From Eledone cirrhosa (taxonomy: Eukaryota), in contig OZ024741.1 in NCBI GenBank assembly GCA_964016885.1, positions 161,386,001 to 161,450,000 on the forward strand: a stretch of DNA of 64,000 nucleotides. The letters are read 5' to 3'. The position numbers were made by a program, and so were the translations under genes. This document shows, one piece after another, positions 25,782 through 38,420 of the stretch. Each line of letters opens with the position of its first letter. Positions within the stretch are counted from its first letter, which is position 1. The notes below the pieces were generated by a model. It was not told the DNA's origin. It searched no databases and saw only the letters and a list, made by a program, of their open reading frames with translations.

Positions 25782-27592
25782 CACACCGACATTTATTGTC
25801 ATTTCTGATAATGCATATATGTACACCGATACTAATCTCCTAAAGTTACTTAACTGCAAATTTTCATAATGATCTTCCACTAGTAAATATTCGAATTAAC
25901 AAACCTGGTTTAGATATTTTCTACAAATCATTACATGATGTTAATTGTATCCGTAAGCAAAGTATTATACTATTATACTAACCAGTGGAAAATTAGTAGT
26001 ACCTGTATTTCAGGGGTCAGCGTTGTCACATACTGTGTCATTCTGAATCTCCTTGAAAATTACGTTATAGGTACACATGCCTGTGGAAATTCAATGTCCT
26101 GACCGATAGAGGTCACACGCACTTACGTGAATGGTAGGGGGGAGTCTGTGGTTGTGTATTTCAGTGGCGCTTGAACTGGGGGTACGAGGGGGAGGGAAAT
26201 CCCCCCCCAAAAAAAACTTTTTCTCTCCAAACTACCAAAATACACATCATGCTCCCCCCCCCCCCCCCCAATTATATTTTTCTCCCCAAACTACCAAAAC
26301 AACTATTTGTCTATGCGCTACAATTTATGTAAATGTTATGTTTATCGCATATTGGTTAGTATTTGATAATAACAATGTAATATATTATGTTAACGTTCAT
26401 AGTAAATTTTTGTCATGTCATAACTTTTTCTCCTCATATCACTATTTGCCAATTGCTAGTATGTGTCTTCAGAGATAGATTTCGTAGGTCATTTTGCTAT
26501 AGTCAGTTATTGAAAGCTGTAAATGTAATATGACTTGCTTGGACTCAAATTGTATTTTCTGACCATTTCAGAGTGCAAAGAGCTAATCTAACCGCTTACA
26601 ACTAAATTGACCAAATTTTCCCCCCTCCCAATTCAGAAATACTTCCACCACCCTTGCATCTGTATGTATTATTGTCGTGTCTTGTCTACTTCTCTATGTG
26701 CGTAAGTAATTGAACAAGGAACAGCAATTTATACATTTCTATTTTGACACAATGAAGCACAATAAACTATAGAACTGAAGCGAGTATATAATAATTGTTT
26801 CTACTTTTGGCACAAGGCCAGCAATTACCCATAAGGATGAAAGGCAAAGTTAACCTCGGCGGGATTTGAACTCAGTCCGTAAAGGGGCGTAACTCTGTGT
26901 TGCAAAGCATAGCGTCCGACCCTCTACCGATACTGTCAGGCGAGAATACAATAATAACACTGAACGCAATTCCGTGGCGACAGAAAGAACTGTATACTCC
27001 TTAAACCGCCAGACTATATTTCGAACCCGTTGGATAGAATTGTGTACCCTCGTTTAGCCGAAGCATAATATATAGCCAAAAACACGAGCACACTTGAAAC
27101 ACGTGATTGTGATATGATTGGCTGTCTTTAAATAACACTGGTCAACACTTTTTGCTGACTTAGGATTTGTTGTTTTGTTTAGCTAATTTTGAGGTGCTGA
27201 TTTCAAATATGGTATCCATTTTTTCCTAACACATCACGTTCGGTGTTTTCTGTTTTATTCCATTTTTGTAGTTTTTCTGTTTTTTTCCTATCTTTGTTTT
27301 GCATTCGGTTTTCATGTTTGTTTGTTTTTTCTGATTTATTTCTGTTTATTTTTTCCTTGTTTTTTTTTCTCTATTTTTTTATGATTCTTTTCTTTCTGTT
27401 TTTTCTTTGTTGTTTTTTTCCTTGTTTTTTATTTATCTTTGAGAAAAAAAATGACTAACACATATGTGATGTTTTTTTTTTGTTTTTCGTGTTTATTTTT
27501 TGTTTTTTTATTTAAACTAAGAAAAAAGAATTTTTATTGTTTAATTATAATTGAAACAATTACACATTCGTTAGATAACACTCAATACGAGT

Positions 27593-27805
27593 TCATCATC
27601 ATCACCATTTTACGTCCGCTTTTCCCTGCTTGTAAGGGTAGGACGGGAACTGATTCTGGCTTGATTTCTACAACTGGATGCCCTTCCTAACATCAACCTC
27701 ATTTTACAGTGAGTGCTGGGTGCTTTTTTTTTTCGTGGCGCCTACACGTCCACTTTACAGTGTGGGCTGGGTGCTTTTTTGCCGTGGCACCTACACGACC
27801 ACTTT
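27593..27805 (-). mobile_element. RTE 3'-tail fragment or RTE-mobilised SINE
   Basis: (CAT)n then tttacgtccgcttttcc..gcttg...actggatgcccttcctaacatcaacc..tttacagtg is the reverse complement of the 49340-49510 tail; similar copy at 58667-58985. Confidence 0.75.
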
Positions 27806-28531
27806 TGCAGTGGAATGATAGGGACCCCAGTCCCTATCATCTCATTTCTACAGCTGAGTAAACTGGAGCAATGTGAAATAAAATGTCTTGAAATATGTGA
27901 TAATTATGCATGTGTGTTTGCATTACAGTATGTGTACCCAGTTAAGAATAAGTACGCCACGTATCTGTGAAGGACATTTGTTCATAAAACATTGTTTCCT
28001 GCACATCCACTGTGATGAGCATGAAACCTGTCGTGGGGCCTGCAAGACTAACCCCTGGTGTAGCAGGGAAAATAGCCTTAAATACTTAAGGTTAGTGCTA
28101 TCACTAACAAATACTAGCCAGTCAAAGCTATCAACAAAAATAGTTCATTTACAAAACCAAATAAGAATTATCTTCTATACCTCAGTATCTCGTTGTAAGT
28201 AAGCATTGCGGGTGATGAATAAAGAAAATCTTGAAATACATGTACAGCACTTTAACACAGATACTGACGTAGATGTGACATAATCACGGCTTGAAATACT
28301 CACAACATGACTATAGGAATGTTTATTATACATAGAATATTGTAACTACAAACCCTCTATCTCAATTCTACTTTTGAAATGCACAAGAACTGCGAAACCA
28401 GTAAAGGACCCAAATAAATATTTTTAAAAAGACTCCAGGTGCATTTTCGATTTCATCTTTTTTCCTTATACTTTCACTCGTGTAGGACATCTGTTTTTTT
28501 TTCATTTTGTAAAAAAAAACCTCATTTTCTA

Positions 28532-28621
<90 letters not shown>

Positions 28622-28900
28622 GTATATATATATATATATGTATGTGTGTATGTGTATAGAGAGAAAGAGAGATGGTAAACATCAAAACCATCACCTATAA
28701 CAATGGTCAAAGAATAATTGTTCCACATCACAGCACAGAGATTGATAGTGGGAAACTCTTTACCCCCACTCTCTCTCCTCTCTACCATCAGACTAACTGG
28801 CTGTATTTCATGTTATTTTTAACTTATTTGCATTTTCTTAAACGAAAATCTCATTACTGAATTTTACCTCGTGGTGAACGGTTGAATTCCACTACTATAG

Positions 28901-29012
28901 GCTTTCTGATGAAGTGTAATAAATAATTAAGTATTGCATATGATTGAACAATATATATTGTCGTCAGCATATGTAGACAAGTTATAATAGACAAAGAAAC
29001 ATATGTCAAAGC
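28901..29012 (+). ncRNA. Type I hammerhead ribozyme with an extended (~83 nt) stem II region
   Basis: gcttt-CTGATGA-(83 nt)-GAAA-CATATG-TC-aaagc: perfect stem I, palindromic stem III, GUC cleavage triplet, followed by aataaa. Confidence 0.7.
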
Positions 29013-29069
29013 AAATAAATTCATAATCTCTTCACGCCAACGTTTTATTTATTTTTGTGTGTGTGTGTG

Positions 29070-30940
29070 TGCCATTCGGCTGAGGCCATGCTGGAGCACC
29101 ACTCTTATTACTACAAGTTCTATCTCCAACTTGTGCTGGCTGGCCATTGGTGTAAGAGGGAGTTCGTTGCTGCTGCCCTTAGGTTACCTTCGTATCGTGC
29201 TGTGGGCTCATCCGGGATCCTGGATAGCAGAGTGTCAAGATGTTTCTTGAAAACATTCACGTCTGCACCATGCAGATCTCTCAAATTTCTTGGCAGCTTG
29301 TTGAAGAGTTGGGGGCCTTTGAACCCCAAGCTATATGCAATATCTGTTTCTTATTCTAGATGTGAAAGACGGGACCTTTGGCACCACACAGTGACGTCCT
29401 GTTCGGGAGTTGGTCCAGCTCTCAATGCCAAAGTTTGGTGCTAGTCCCTCCAGGGTTTTCCATATGTATATTACTGCGTATCTCTCCCGTCTTCGTTCCA
29501 AGGAGTAGAATTTCAGTTCTTTTAGCCTCTCCCAGTAGCTCATCTCCTTTATTATGGCAATCCTCTTGGTGTAGCTTCGTTGGATTGCCTCAAGCCCCGT
29601 GGTTAGTTTGATACTATAGGATGACCACAGCTGGGAGCAGTAGTCCAGTCGGCTTAGGACAAATGTCCTCTATAGTATCAACATGGTCTCTCGGTCTCTT
29701 ATCCGGAAAGTCCTCAAGATCCAGCCAGCGAGTCGTCTGCACATTGTCGCCACCCTCTTGATGTGTGAAGAAAAATATACATCGTCGCTCATGTATATCC
29801 CCAAGTCTCGTATCGATTTCGACACGGGGATTTCGATCTCTTCTGGTCCGGTGTAGCTGTGTTGTACTGTCTTTGTGTTTGCAGGTTGATATTGTAGGAC
29901 TTGAAATTGTCCAGCATTAAATCGCATGTTGTTGTCCTCAGGCCATTCCATTCTCTGAGAATAAGATTTTTGTGTCCGCTGGCCTTTGTCTCCGAGACAA
30001 ACTTATGGCATATGGTTTGTATTGTCATGAAAAATTGTTGAATAAGTGTGTTGGTGTCTTGTGTGGTGATAATGTCGCTCCAGTTTTGCTTCCGGATCTT
30101 TTCCAGTTATCTTGTGAAAGTTTACGCTGGATAAATTGCCGGTGCTTCTTAATGGTTGCGTCTCTGCTGACTCTCTCAGACTACATATTATTAGTTCTAC
30201 TAAGTTATGATCCGAGAATATCGTTGGTGTCACCATTACATTGTGGATGAGCACTGCGTTATTTGTAAAGCAGAAATCCAGGGCATTCTCACCTCTTGTT
30301 GGGAGGAGTACTGCTTGTTCCATGAACAGCCTGTGTGTGAGGGCCAGCAGGGACTTCGCCTGTCTCTGTTCGAGTGATATCATTCCAGGGAAGAGGTGGA
30401 CCTCAGGCCATTTGACCTTTGGTAGGTTAAAGTCTTCCAGCAGCAGAATGTTGAGACCCTTGTCCAGTTTGTCAAGGTCTTCCATCCTTCTGAGGCTATC
30501 TTCAAAATTACCTTCGTGACTAGGGGCGTTGGGTGACCGATATGTGACACATTTTACCATTTTCAGTTGTCTCATATGTACTATTAGTGTGTCACATACT
30601 GAGTTGGAATGTGTCAACAGTACAATGAGTGTGACATCTTCACGGATGTATAGGGCAACCCCATCATGAGTTCTCTCCTTCCTGTCTGAATGAAATACAG
30701 TATACATTGGTTATATGTATTTCTGCACCTGCTATACTGCTTGTCAGGTTCGTTTCAGTTAGAGCCATGCATATTGCTTGATTGGTTATGGCTAAGTCTC
30801 TCAGGTAGTTTCATCAGGCCTATGACATTCAACAGCAGCATTGGTGTGACATTTGGGATATCAGCAATGGCTGTCGGTGTAGCACCTGGACTGGTGTCAG
30901 CGGCGGCCACCCTGGGTCCCTTGATTGTGGTGGTCTCGAG
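29070..30940 (-). mobile_element. CR1/L2-group LINE remnant (AP endonuclease + RT C-terminus, RT core deleted)
   Basis: 30003-30707: SDR...GVALYIR, YRSPN, DFNLP.V.W, PTRGENALD, SDHNLV. 29100-29950: IRDLGIYMS, GWILRTF, SYWERLKELKFYSLERRRERY, GPQLFNKLP. Confidence 0.88.
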
Positions 30941-30944
30941 TGCT

Positions 30945-33330
30945 GAAGGACATGATCCACGGTCCGAATTGCTCTTACAATTCGCCTTATTGGAAAGATG
31001 GAACGTGCAGTAAGCGGTACCCTAAGCCTTTCAATGAACATACACTGTGTGGTGAGGACTCTTATCCTGTGTACAGAAGACGGTCTCCGGGAATGGGAGG
31101 GTTTGAAGGGCACCAAGAAGGAAGGGAATGCCGAAATATAACTTCGGAATGGGTGGTTCCCTGCAATATGAAACTATTAAAACTGTTCAACTGCCACCTA
31201 AACGAAGAGATATGCTCTTCCGTGAAATCGATCAAATACGTTATCAAATATACCATGAAGGGCATTGATCAAGCAATCAATGGAGTGAACAGGGAAGACG
31301 AGATAACACAATATTTAACAGAAAGATATATCGGTCCTTCAGAAACTGTTGCCTCGGTACTTGGATTTCCAATTCATGAGAGGGAACTGGCCGTAGTTCG
31401 CCTTCAAGTTCATCTATCTGAGGAAAATCAAATCTTCTTTCGGGTCACTGCTGCTGTTAAGGTACACTATAACATGGCTAAGACAACTCTGACTGAGTTC
31501 ATGGATCTTTGCGCTCGCGATCCGTTTACAAAAACATTGTATTATGCCAATGTGCCAATGTTTTACACTTGGAGTAATAAGAGATGGGGAAGGAGGAAGG
31601 TGGCGAAAACAGTTGAACAGTATCCAGGGATTTTTGAGGCGAACGTTTTGGGATGAGTATACACTGTTTCTTCACGAAATGGTGACCCGTATGGTGACAC
31701 ATCTGGTGACACATCTGCATTGATTTTCATTGACGCTCCAGGTGGAACAGGAAAGACATTCCTGATTAACTTAATCCTTTCAAAAGTCAGGGGGAAACGG
31801 CGGCGTGGATATTGTTGTGGCGTCATTTGGCATTGCCACAACACTGATGTCTGGTGGAAGAACGGCGCATTCTAGGTTCAAAATACCGATAGCAGTGAAA
31901 GAAAAATGGTCTGTGCAACATTGATAAAAACTCAAAGACAGCAAACCTCTTCCAGCATACAAGGCTGGTTGTTTGGGACGAGTGTCCTATGATTCGGAAG
32001 GAAAGCTTCGAAGCTGTTGACATATGCGACAACAATGAGGCATTCGGTGGAATTTTGACAATTTGCTGTGGCGATTTCCGTCAGCTTCTTCCGGCAGTGA
32101 AAGGGGCAATGACGCGAACGTGGAAAACGCCTCCATTAAAAAATCCTACCTATGGCGAAGCTTCAAAAGATTTCAGTTGAAGACAAACAGACAATTGAGT
32201 GGGGGAGCAGGAGACTATTCACGGTTCCTATTGGATATCGGGGAAGATAAAATCAAAAAAACTGAAAATGGGGAAATTATTTTGCCAAAAGAAATGGTTC
32301 TCCAAGCAACAACTATGGAAGAATGCATTGACTTCATCTACCCCTCATTCGACAATCCAGCTGAAGTGTTTTCGAACAATTGCATCTTAGTACCTCTCAA
32401 TGAAATGATGAGAAGTATCAATTCCACCTGTATCAGACGCTTCCCTGGAACCATAAAAGTGTACTGATCCTATAATTCTGTGAGTGATGGTGCCAATGCC
32501 ACTCATTTCCCGACTAATTCCTTGATTCAGTTGAACTATCAGGATTGCCACCACATTGAAAAAAGGATGGCCGGTAATTCTAATGAGAAACTTGAGTCCT
32601 CCACGGCTTTGTAATGGAACGCGTATGATCGTGGAAGAACTGCACGACAATCTCATAGTAGTGAGAATCAACACTGCCGCTTTCAGAAATGAGATCGTTA
32701 TGATACCCAGAATAACAATTAATCTATCCGAAGGTGAGGATATCCCTTTGCAGCGAAGCCAATTCCCAGTTCAATCGTGCTTCGCTATGACTATTCTTAA
32801 AGCACAAGAACAGACTATGAAAAACGTCTTGGTTTATCTGGAACGTCCTGTATTCCAACACGGTCAACTGTATGTGGCCCTTAGCCGTGGGAAACGAAAA
32901 GAAAATGTCAGTGTTTCTGAAGGATACCCAGTCAACTAAAGATGTTGTCATCAAAAGCATTCTTTTAAACAAACTGTAACAGCATAAATATGAGAGAATA
33001 TTAATTCCGACGTCAGAAAATGAAAAGGAAAGAGAAAGACAAGTAAGAATAATATCTTTTAAATTTTTGCAAATAAAACCAGTTTTTCATTAACTTTGCA
33101 ACTTTTTAAGCACAAAAATCTTTCAGAACAAACAGTCAAACATTCATAGAGATACGGAAAAAAGAATTTTGAAGTGGAGTGATTGGACAGCTATTAGTAA
33201 AAAATAGCTTGATATTTTCTTTGTGAAAATGCGTGTGAATAATAGTGTGAAAAGACAAGTTTCGCGTAAATCGGACCGCCGGTTCCCGAGATACGCGTTT
33301 TTTTTCTGGTACCTTTATATATAGCCAAAA
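30945..33330 (+). mobile_element. Helitron RepHel remnant (Rep C-terminal part + Pif1-like helicase), internally deleted and frameshifted
   Basis: MIHGP..CSKRYPKPF, YPVYRRRS, WVVP.N, CHLNEEICSSVKSIKYVIKY..KG.D, DEITQY...RYIG; helicase motifs FIDAPGGTGKTFL, WDECPM, GDFRQLLP, MRNL...LCNGTR, QFPV..CFAMTI.KAQ.QT, VFQHGQLYVALSR. Confidence 0.93.
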
Positions 33331-33477
33331 CGGTGCATATTGGAAAAATACTTTGAAATGTGAATACAAACGGAATAAAACAAGTTTCACATAAATCAGA
33401 CCATAATCACATAATATATTGAGCTAAATCCTTATAACCTGTCCACCTTGTGTGTATGATTATAATTGATTGGCAGC

Positions 33478-36018
33478 ATGCTAACTAAAGACTACCTACC
33501 TATATCACTCAAGAACATCCCAACCCCATCTAGGACTACTTATGAGAAATTACTGATAGCTAGTGTCAACTCCTTCGTTAAGCGTATTAGATGACGCACT
33601 TTCCACTTCGTTAAGAGAAATAAGAAATCAACCACGGTGTCCCCCAATAACAAATTCGGTTTTAAAACCTATAGGAGCCCGCCCCATAACTCCATGCTAG
33701 ATGGATTTGAGAATGACCTCCTATCACTCGTAAGGAATATTAAGTTTAAAAACCCCCATGGGAATAGCAACAAATTCCGGATGAAACTGGAAACCTTAGT
33801 TAAGGACTTTAACGATAAAAGAGATATCCTGGTCACCTCGGATAAAACCAGAAATATTTATAGCTTAAATTATGATACGTATCGTAGGTTTATATACAAT
33901 GAATTAAATAGAAACTATAAAAAGACAACAAGCGCAAACTTAGATGAAATTAATAAGGAAGCATGCGCCATAGTGGATAAACTAGGTCTGGAAAAGTATA
34001 CCCAACCATATACCCCTAGGCAACCCAGGTTCACCCTTAAAGACCATAAGGCTGACTTCATTAGTAAACCCTCTGTTAGATTAATTAGCCCATCGAAGTC
34101 AGATATAGGAATTATCAGTAAGAAAATTTTAGACGGCGTTATACCCACCATCAGGAGGAAAATATATCTAGAGCTATGGGAGAATACGGAAGAGGTTTTG
34201 AAATGGTTCTCAAGCCTTAGCAACCATAAATCCCTTAAATTTATACAATTCGACATCGATGCGTACTACACCTCAATCTCCCCCATACTCCTTAATAAGG
34301 CCCTAATCATGGCCATGCAGAAAAGTGACCTCACTAGGTCTCAAATTGATGTCATTCTTGCGGCCCGGAAAACGATAATCACATTTGAGGATGAATTGTG
34401 GACCCGCAAGAATACGCCCAGTAACTTCGACATCACAATGGGATCTAGTGACTCTGCACAAGTAACGGACCTGGTAGGATTGTACCTCTTAAAGGAGTTA
34501 CATGAGACACTACCGCACTTGAAGGGCGGCTTATACCGTGATGACGCCCTCCTCACTCTCGAGTATAAAAAGTGCAATATAGAAAGAACTAGGAAACAGT
34601 TACGTAGGTTCTTTAAAAACTTTAATCTAAGTATTACCATAGATGCAAATGATAAAACAGTAAACTTCCTAGACGCCACCCTTGACCTAGAAAGTAAAAC
34701 ATTTGCACCCTACCATAAACCTAACGATAGACTAACATATGTAAACGCCAGCTCTAACCACCCCAAATCAGTCCTAAACGCTATTCCCAAGGGGGTCTCT
34801 AATAGAATTAGCAGACTGTCCTGTAATGAGAGTATCTTCAACTCCAATGCAGAGTATTATGACAAGGCCCTAGCAGAATCTGGTTACGGGAGTAGGTTAT
34901 CATATATACATAAGGACTCTCAAACCATGAGTGTGAAACCTACCAACATAATCACACATAATATGGCCACAAAGCCTAACCAACTTAGAGGCAAGAATAA
35001 TAGTAAGAACCCTAATGGCGGTAACCCAGCTAAATGTAAACTACGTAAAGACAATACTAGAGTCCCTCACCACAACTCTAAAACAATAAATGATCACGCC
35101 ATGAATATAAACCATCCGGCCTTAAGCAAAACAGACAACGCCACTAACGTTCATAACGGAACCCTACAAAATAGTACGCACAGTAGCGAGACTCACCCCA
35201 CAGATAAGAAAAATAGAAGAAGGAAAAACATGTAGTTTAACCCACCTTTTAACTCTCAGGTCCTCACTAACCTCCCCAGAGTATTCTTCTCATTATTGGA
35301 AGAAAAATTCCCACCAGGCAATAGATATCGCAACATAATTAACAAAAACGTAATTAAATTATCCTATTCGACCACACCTAACCTCGCATCACACCTAGCA
35401 CGCACGAACATTAGGAAAACTAGGGAAGGTTTCGAAGCAATTAAAATGGCAGTTAACCACCAGCAACCGACTACACTGGAAAATGGGCAACATAATAGCA
35501 TCAATGAGCCATCTAATGATATAGAGGCACCTAGTGATAATGCTAGTAACCAAACTTCGGGAGGTACGCTAACTAATCGAACCCGCAGTTGCAATTGTAG
35601 GCGGAGTAGTAACTGTCCCCTAAGGGGGGATTGCCTCATGAAAAACATCGTATATGCATGTGACGTAACCACACACAACTCTACCAAAACATATATAGGA
35701 GCAACGTCCAATACATTTAAAATTAGATTTAACGCGCATATGTACACATTTAGACACGATAGACATAAGAATGCCACCTCACTGGTGGTATACATCTCCT
35801 TTTTAAAAAATAATAGTACCCCATACAAACTTTTTTGGAGGAAGCTTACTAGATCCACGCCATACCGACCGCAGAGCGGAAGTTGTGACCTGTGTTTACT
35901 GGAATGCCATGCCATAATACACTATAAACTGAACCTGCTTAACAGGAAATCGGAAATGTTCTCCTCTTGCCAACACAAAATCCTGAGTTCCTTCTTCTAT
36001 TTTAAACCTAGCACATAG
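33478..36018 (+). pseudogene. Penelope-like element (Naiad-type) RT + GIY-YIG endonuclease frame, 846 codons with two in-frame stops (TGA 33592, TAG 35233)
   Basis: One reading frame from ATG 33478: SLKNIPTPS, SDKTRN, LKDHK, FDIDAYYTSI, TMGS, YRDD, VNFLD, YHKP, SNHP; FNPPF; CNC....CP...C linker; IVY.C...YIG.T...FK.RF..H (GIY-YIG); CDLCLLE, LLN.KSE. The clade call is recalled from motifs. Confidence 0.9.
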
Positions 36019-36179
36019 ACGTAACATATATCATGCAACCCCCACCTAGACTATAGCCCCCCCCCCCCCCCCCCAACCCGTAACCCAGATAGATAGGTAC
36101 CCTAAGGGGGGTACAGTCCCCTACAAGGTTGGTGTTTTTGCGTGTGTGTGTATGTGTGTGTGTGTGTGTATTCTCCTTT

Positions 36180-36222
<43 letters not shown>

Positions 36223-36764
36223 TATGTATGTGTGTGTGCGTGCGTGTGTGCATGCATGCATGCATGTGTACGTGCATTGTATGCATGTATGTTGTATATA
36301 TATATATATATGTATATTGTATGCATGCGTATTATATTGTGTGTATGTGTATATGTGACAAGTATGTGAATATATGTATGTATGCGTATGTGTGTGTATG
36401 TGTATGTGTGAGTGTATGATGTGTGTATATATGTGTATATGTATGTATACTTTTCTGTAGAAATCCTCTCTATATGTGGTGTGTGGCACGAATTCCTCCT
36501 ATAATACTCTTCTTTGAGAGGAGCACGATATGCAGAGTAACACATATGTATTGTCGAAGTTGAAACTGAGAACCACCACCCCTCCTGCTGACCCAAATGT
36601 TTACTGAAGACCAGAACACCATTCTCCACAATATAAGAGCGAAATGCGCTTGCCGGACTATTGATGACCATAACATCACATTCCAAGGTAATGGCAAAAT
36701 ACAATGAATGCTATTCACGACCAGAACACCACAACATGCACATCTGAGCAACACAGATATAATA

Positions 36765-37100
36765 TCAATAGGTGAATCAACTGAATTTTTTGAGTTGAAA
36801 TACATATGGATATGTGTCTGTGTGTATCGGACACACGTACACATAAGGAAGCTGCTGACCTAAATGTACCTGTCATGCCTGTCTGAATTCCTAAGGGAAT
36901 TTTCGGCCAGTTGCTGTCTTGACCGATTGTAGTACCAGTGGGTGAATCAATTGAATTTTTTGAGTTGAAATACATATAAATGTGTGTCTGTGTGTGTCGG
37001 ACACACGTACACATAAAGAAGCTGCTGACCTAAATGTGCCTGTTATGCCTGTCTGAATTCCTAAGAGAATTTTCGTCAGTTGTGACTTGACCGATTAACC
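36765..37100. repeat. Tandem duplication of ~170-180 bp
   Basis: ggtgaatcaa.tgaattttttgagttgaaatacata...cggacacacgtacacataa.gaagctgctgacctaaatgt...tgaccgatt at 36771 and 36941. Confidence 0.9.
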
Positions 37101-38309
37101 CCACAATTACTACGTAGCGGTTCTTGCACGTGACTACTGGACCCGGATGAAACGAAGACGAAGAATTTCCTTGCGTACCGTTTTGTACCACAGATGCGAT
37201 CTCACCCTGCCTCGTTAATGTTCTATCGACACCAAAGTTCAACGTTCAGGCGAATAGAATTGAATCCAACCACCAACAACATAGCTGGATGACCGATAAT
37301 CACACCAAACCGGAGTACTGTGATCCTTGTGATTTCCAGATATACAACCACTGACACTGTTACGAAGACCAGAAAACCATACTCAATAATATTGAACCAA
37401 GTGATTGATTTGTGCGACCAAAATAACACCACACACATATTGAACTAGGAATATTGGATCCTCCGTCAATGTCCGGGTGAGCAAAAATAGATTTCTATCT
37501 GCATTGGAATTTACGAACTTGTGCATCTGCTGTGGTGTCAAAAACAAACGCGCATGACCGCACAGATAAACAATGGACTATGCCACGTGGCTTGAACCTG
37601 TAAGTGAATTGAAGGTTCTGTAACTCTGATACACAGATTATTTATTATTAAGATGTATAAACTTGACATAACTATTATCATCTTATATTCTCTCAACTAA
37701 TCACATTTGATCATATTTCTCTATCCCGTTTTCTCCCCCCATAATTATTATATTTTTATTTTTATTTGAAAAAATCGGTTTTTTACATTGTGTTTTCCCC
37801 TCCAAATATTCGCTTATATTTCTTTATATATTCTCTATATATTTTTTTACATATATATATTTTTTTAATCTTTATTATTTCCACTTTTATCCTCCTTTAT
37901 ATTTTACCTTATTCTTACTTTTATACCTTATTATAGTGTAATCTTCCCCATGCCTTATTATACACTATTAATTATAGATTATTATTATTCTTTTTCCATT
38001 TCTAATTACCTCATGTACTTTCTCCTCCGCTATATATATATATATATATATATTGTATGCCCTTTGTGTTTGTGTAGCCTCTGCACACCCTCTGCACCAT
38101 ACTATCGACGCCACCCCATCTATGGTTCAGCTAACCACTCGACTCCCGGGAATGAATATGACCGCAGCTAGTAAACAAGGAACCACACCCCACCCTCCCG
38201 CACCAAAATTAGACTTATCGTCCCCTACTTTTGCTCTTTACTCTCTTTACTCTTTGTTCTTGAATGTTTGGTTGGTAGAGTCCATAACACCAATCAAACC
38301 CCTTTTATA

Positions 38310-38354
38310 GCTCTGACGAATCCTACGGTTACGTAAGGAAGAAACATTGTAAGC
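38310..38354 (+). ncRNA. Type I hammerhead ribozyme in a Penelope pLTR
   Basis: gct-CTGACGA-atcctacggttacgtaaggaa-GAAA-catt-GTA-agc, then aataaa. Confidence 0.75.
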
Positions 38355-38420
38355 CAATAAAAATCTTTTGATGTTGTAGACGCTCTTGTGTTCTTTTTCA
38401 TATATATATATATATATATT

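Larger units (their letters stand above)
33400..38400 (+). mobile_element. Probable extent of the Penelope-like element, including a long 3' region and terminal pLTR
   Basis: ORF followed by ~2.3 kb non-coding sequence ending in a hammerhead, aataaa and (TA)n at 38400; continuity of the 3' region with the ORF is inferred. Confidence 0.55.

Noticed and set aside
8970-26940. tRNA genes suggested by GTTCAAATCC B-boxes
   Set aside because: No cloverleaf; each box continues into the same SINE body and tail.
30003-30707. AP endonuclease as part of a Helentron (endonuclease-bearing Helitron)
   Set aside because: It is on the opposite strand, upstream of Rep, and collinear with CR1-like RT C-terminal fragments.
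33592-33594. In-frame TGA as selenocysteine (some Naiad PLEs are reported to encode selenoproteins)
   Set aside because: The context suggests a Trp rather than a Cys position, the second stop is TAG, and no SECIS could be identified by eye.
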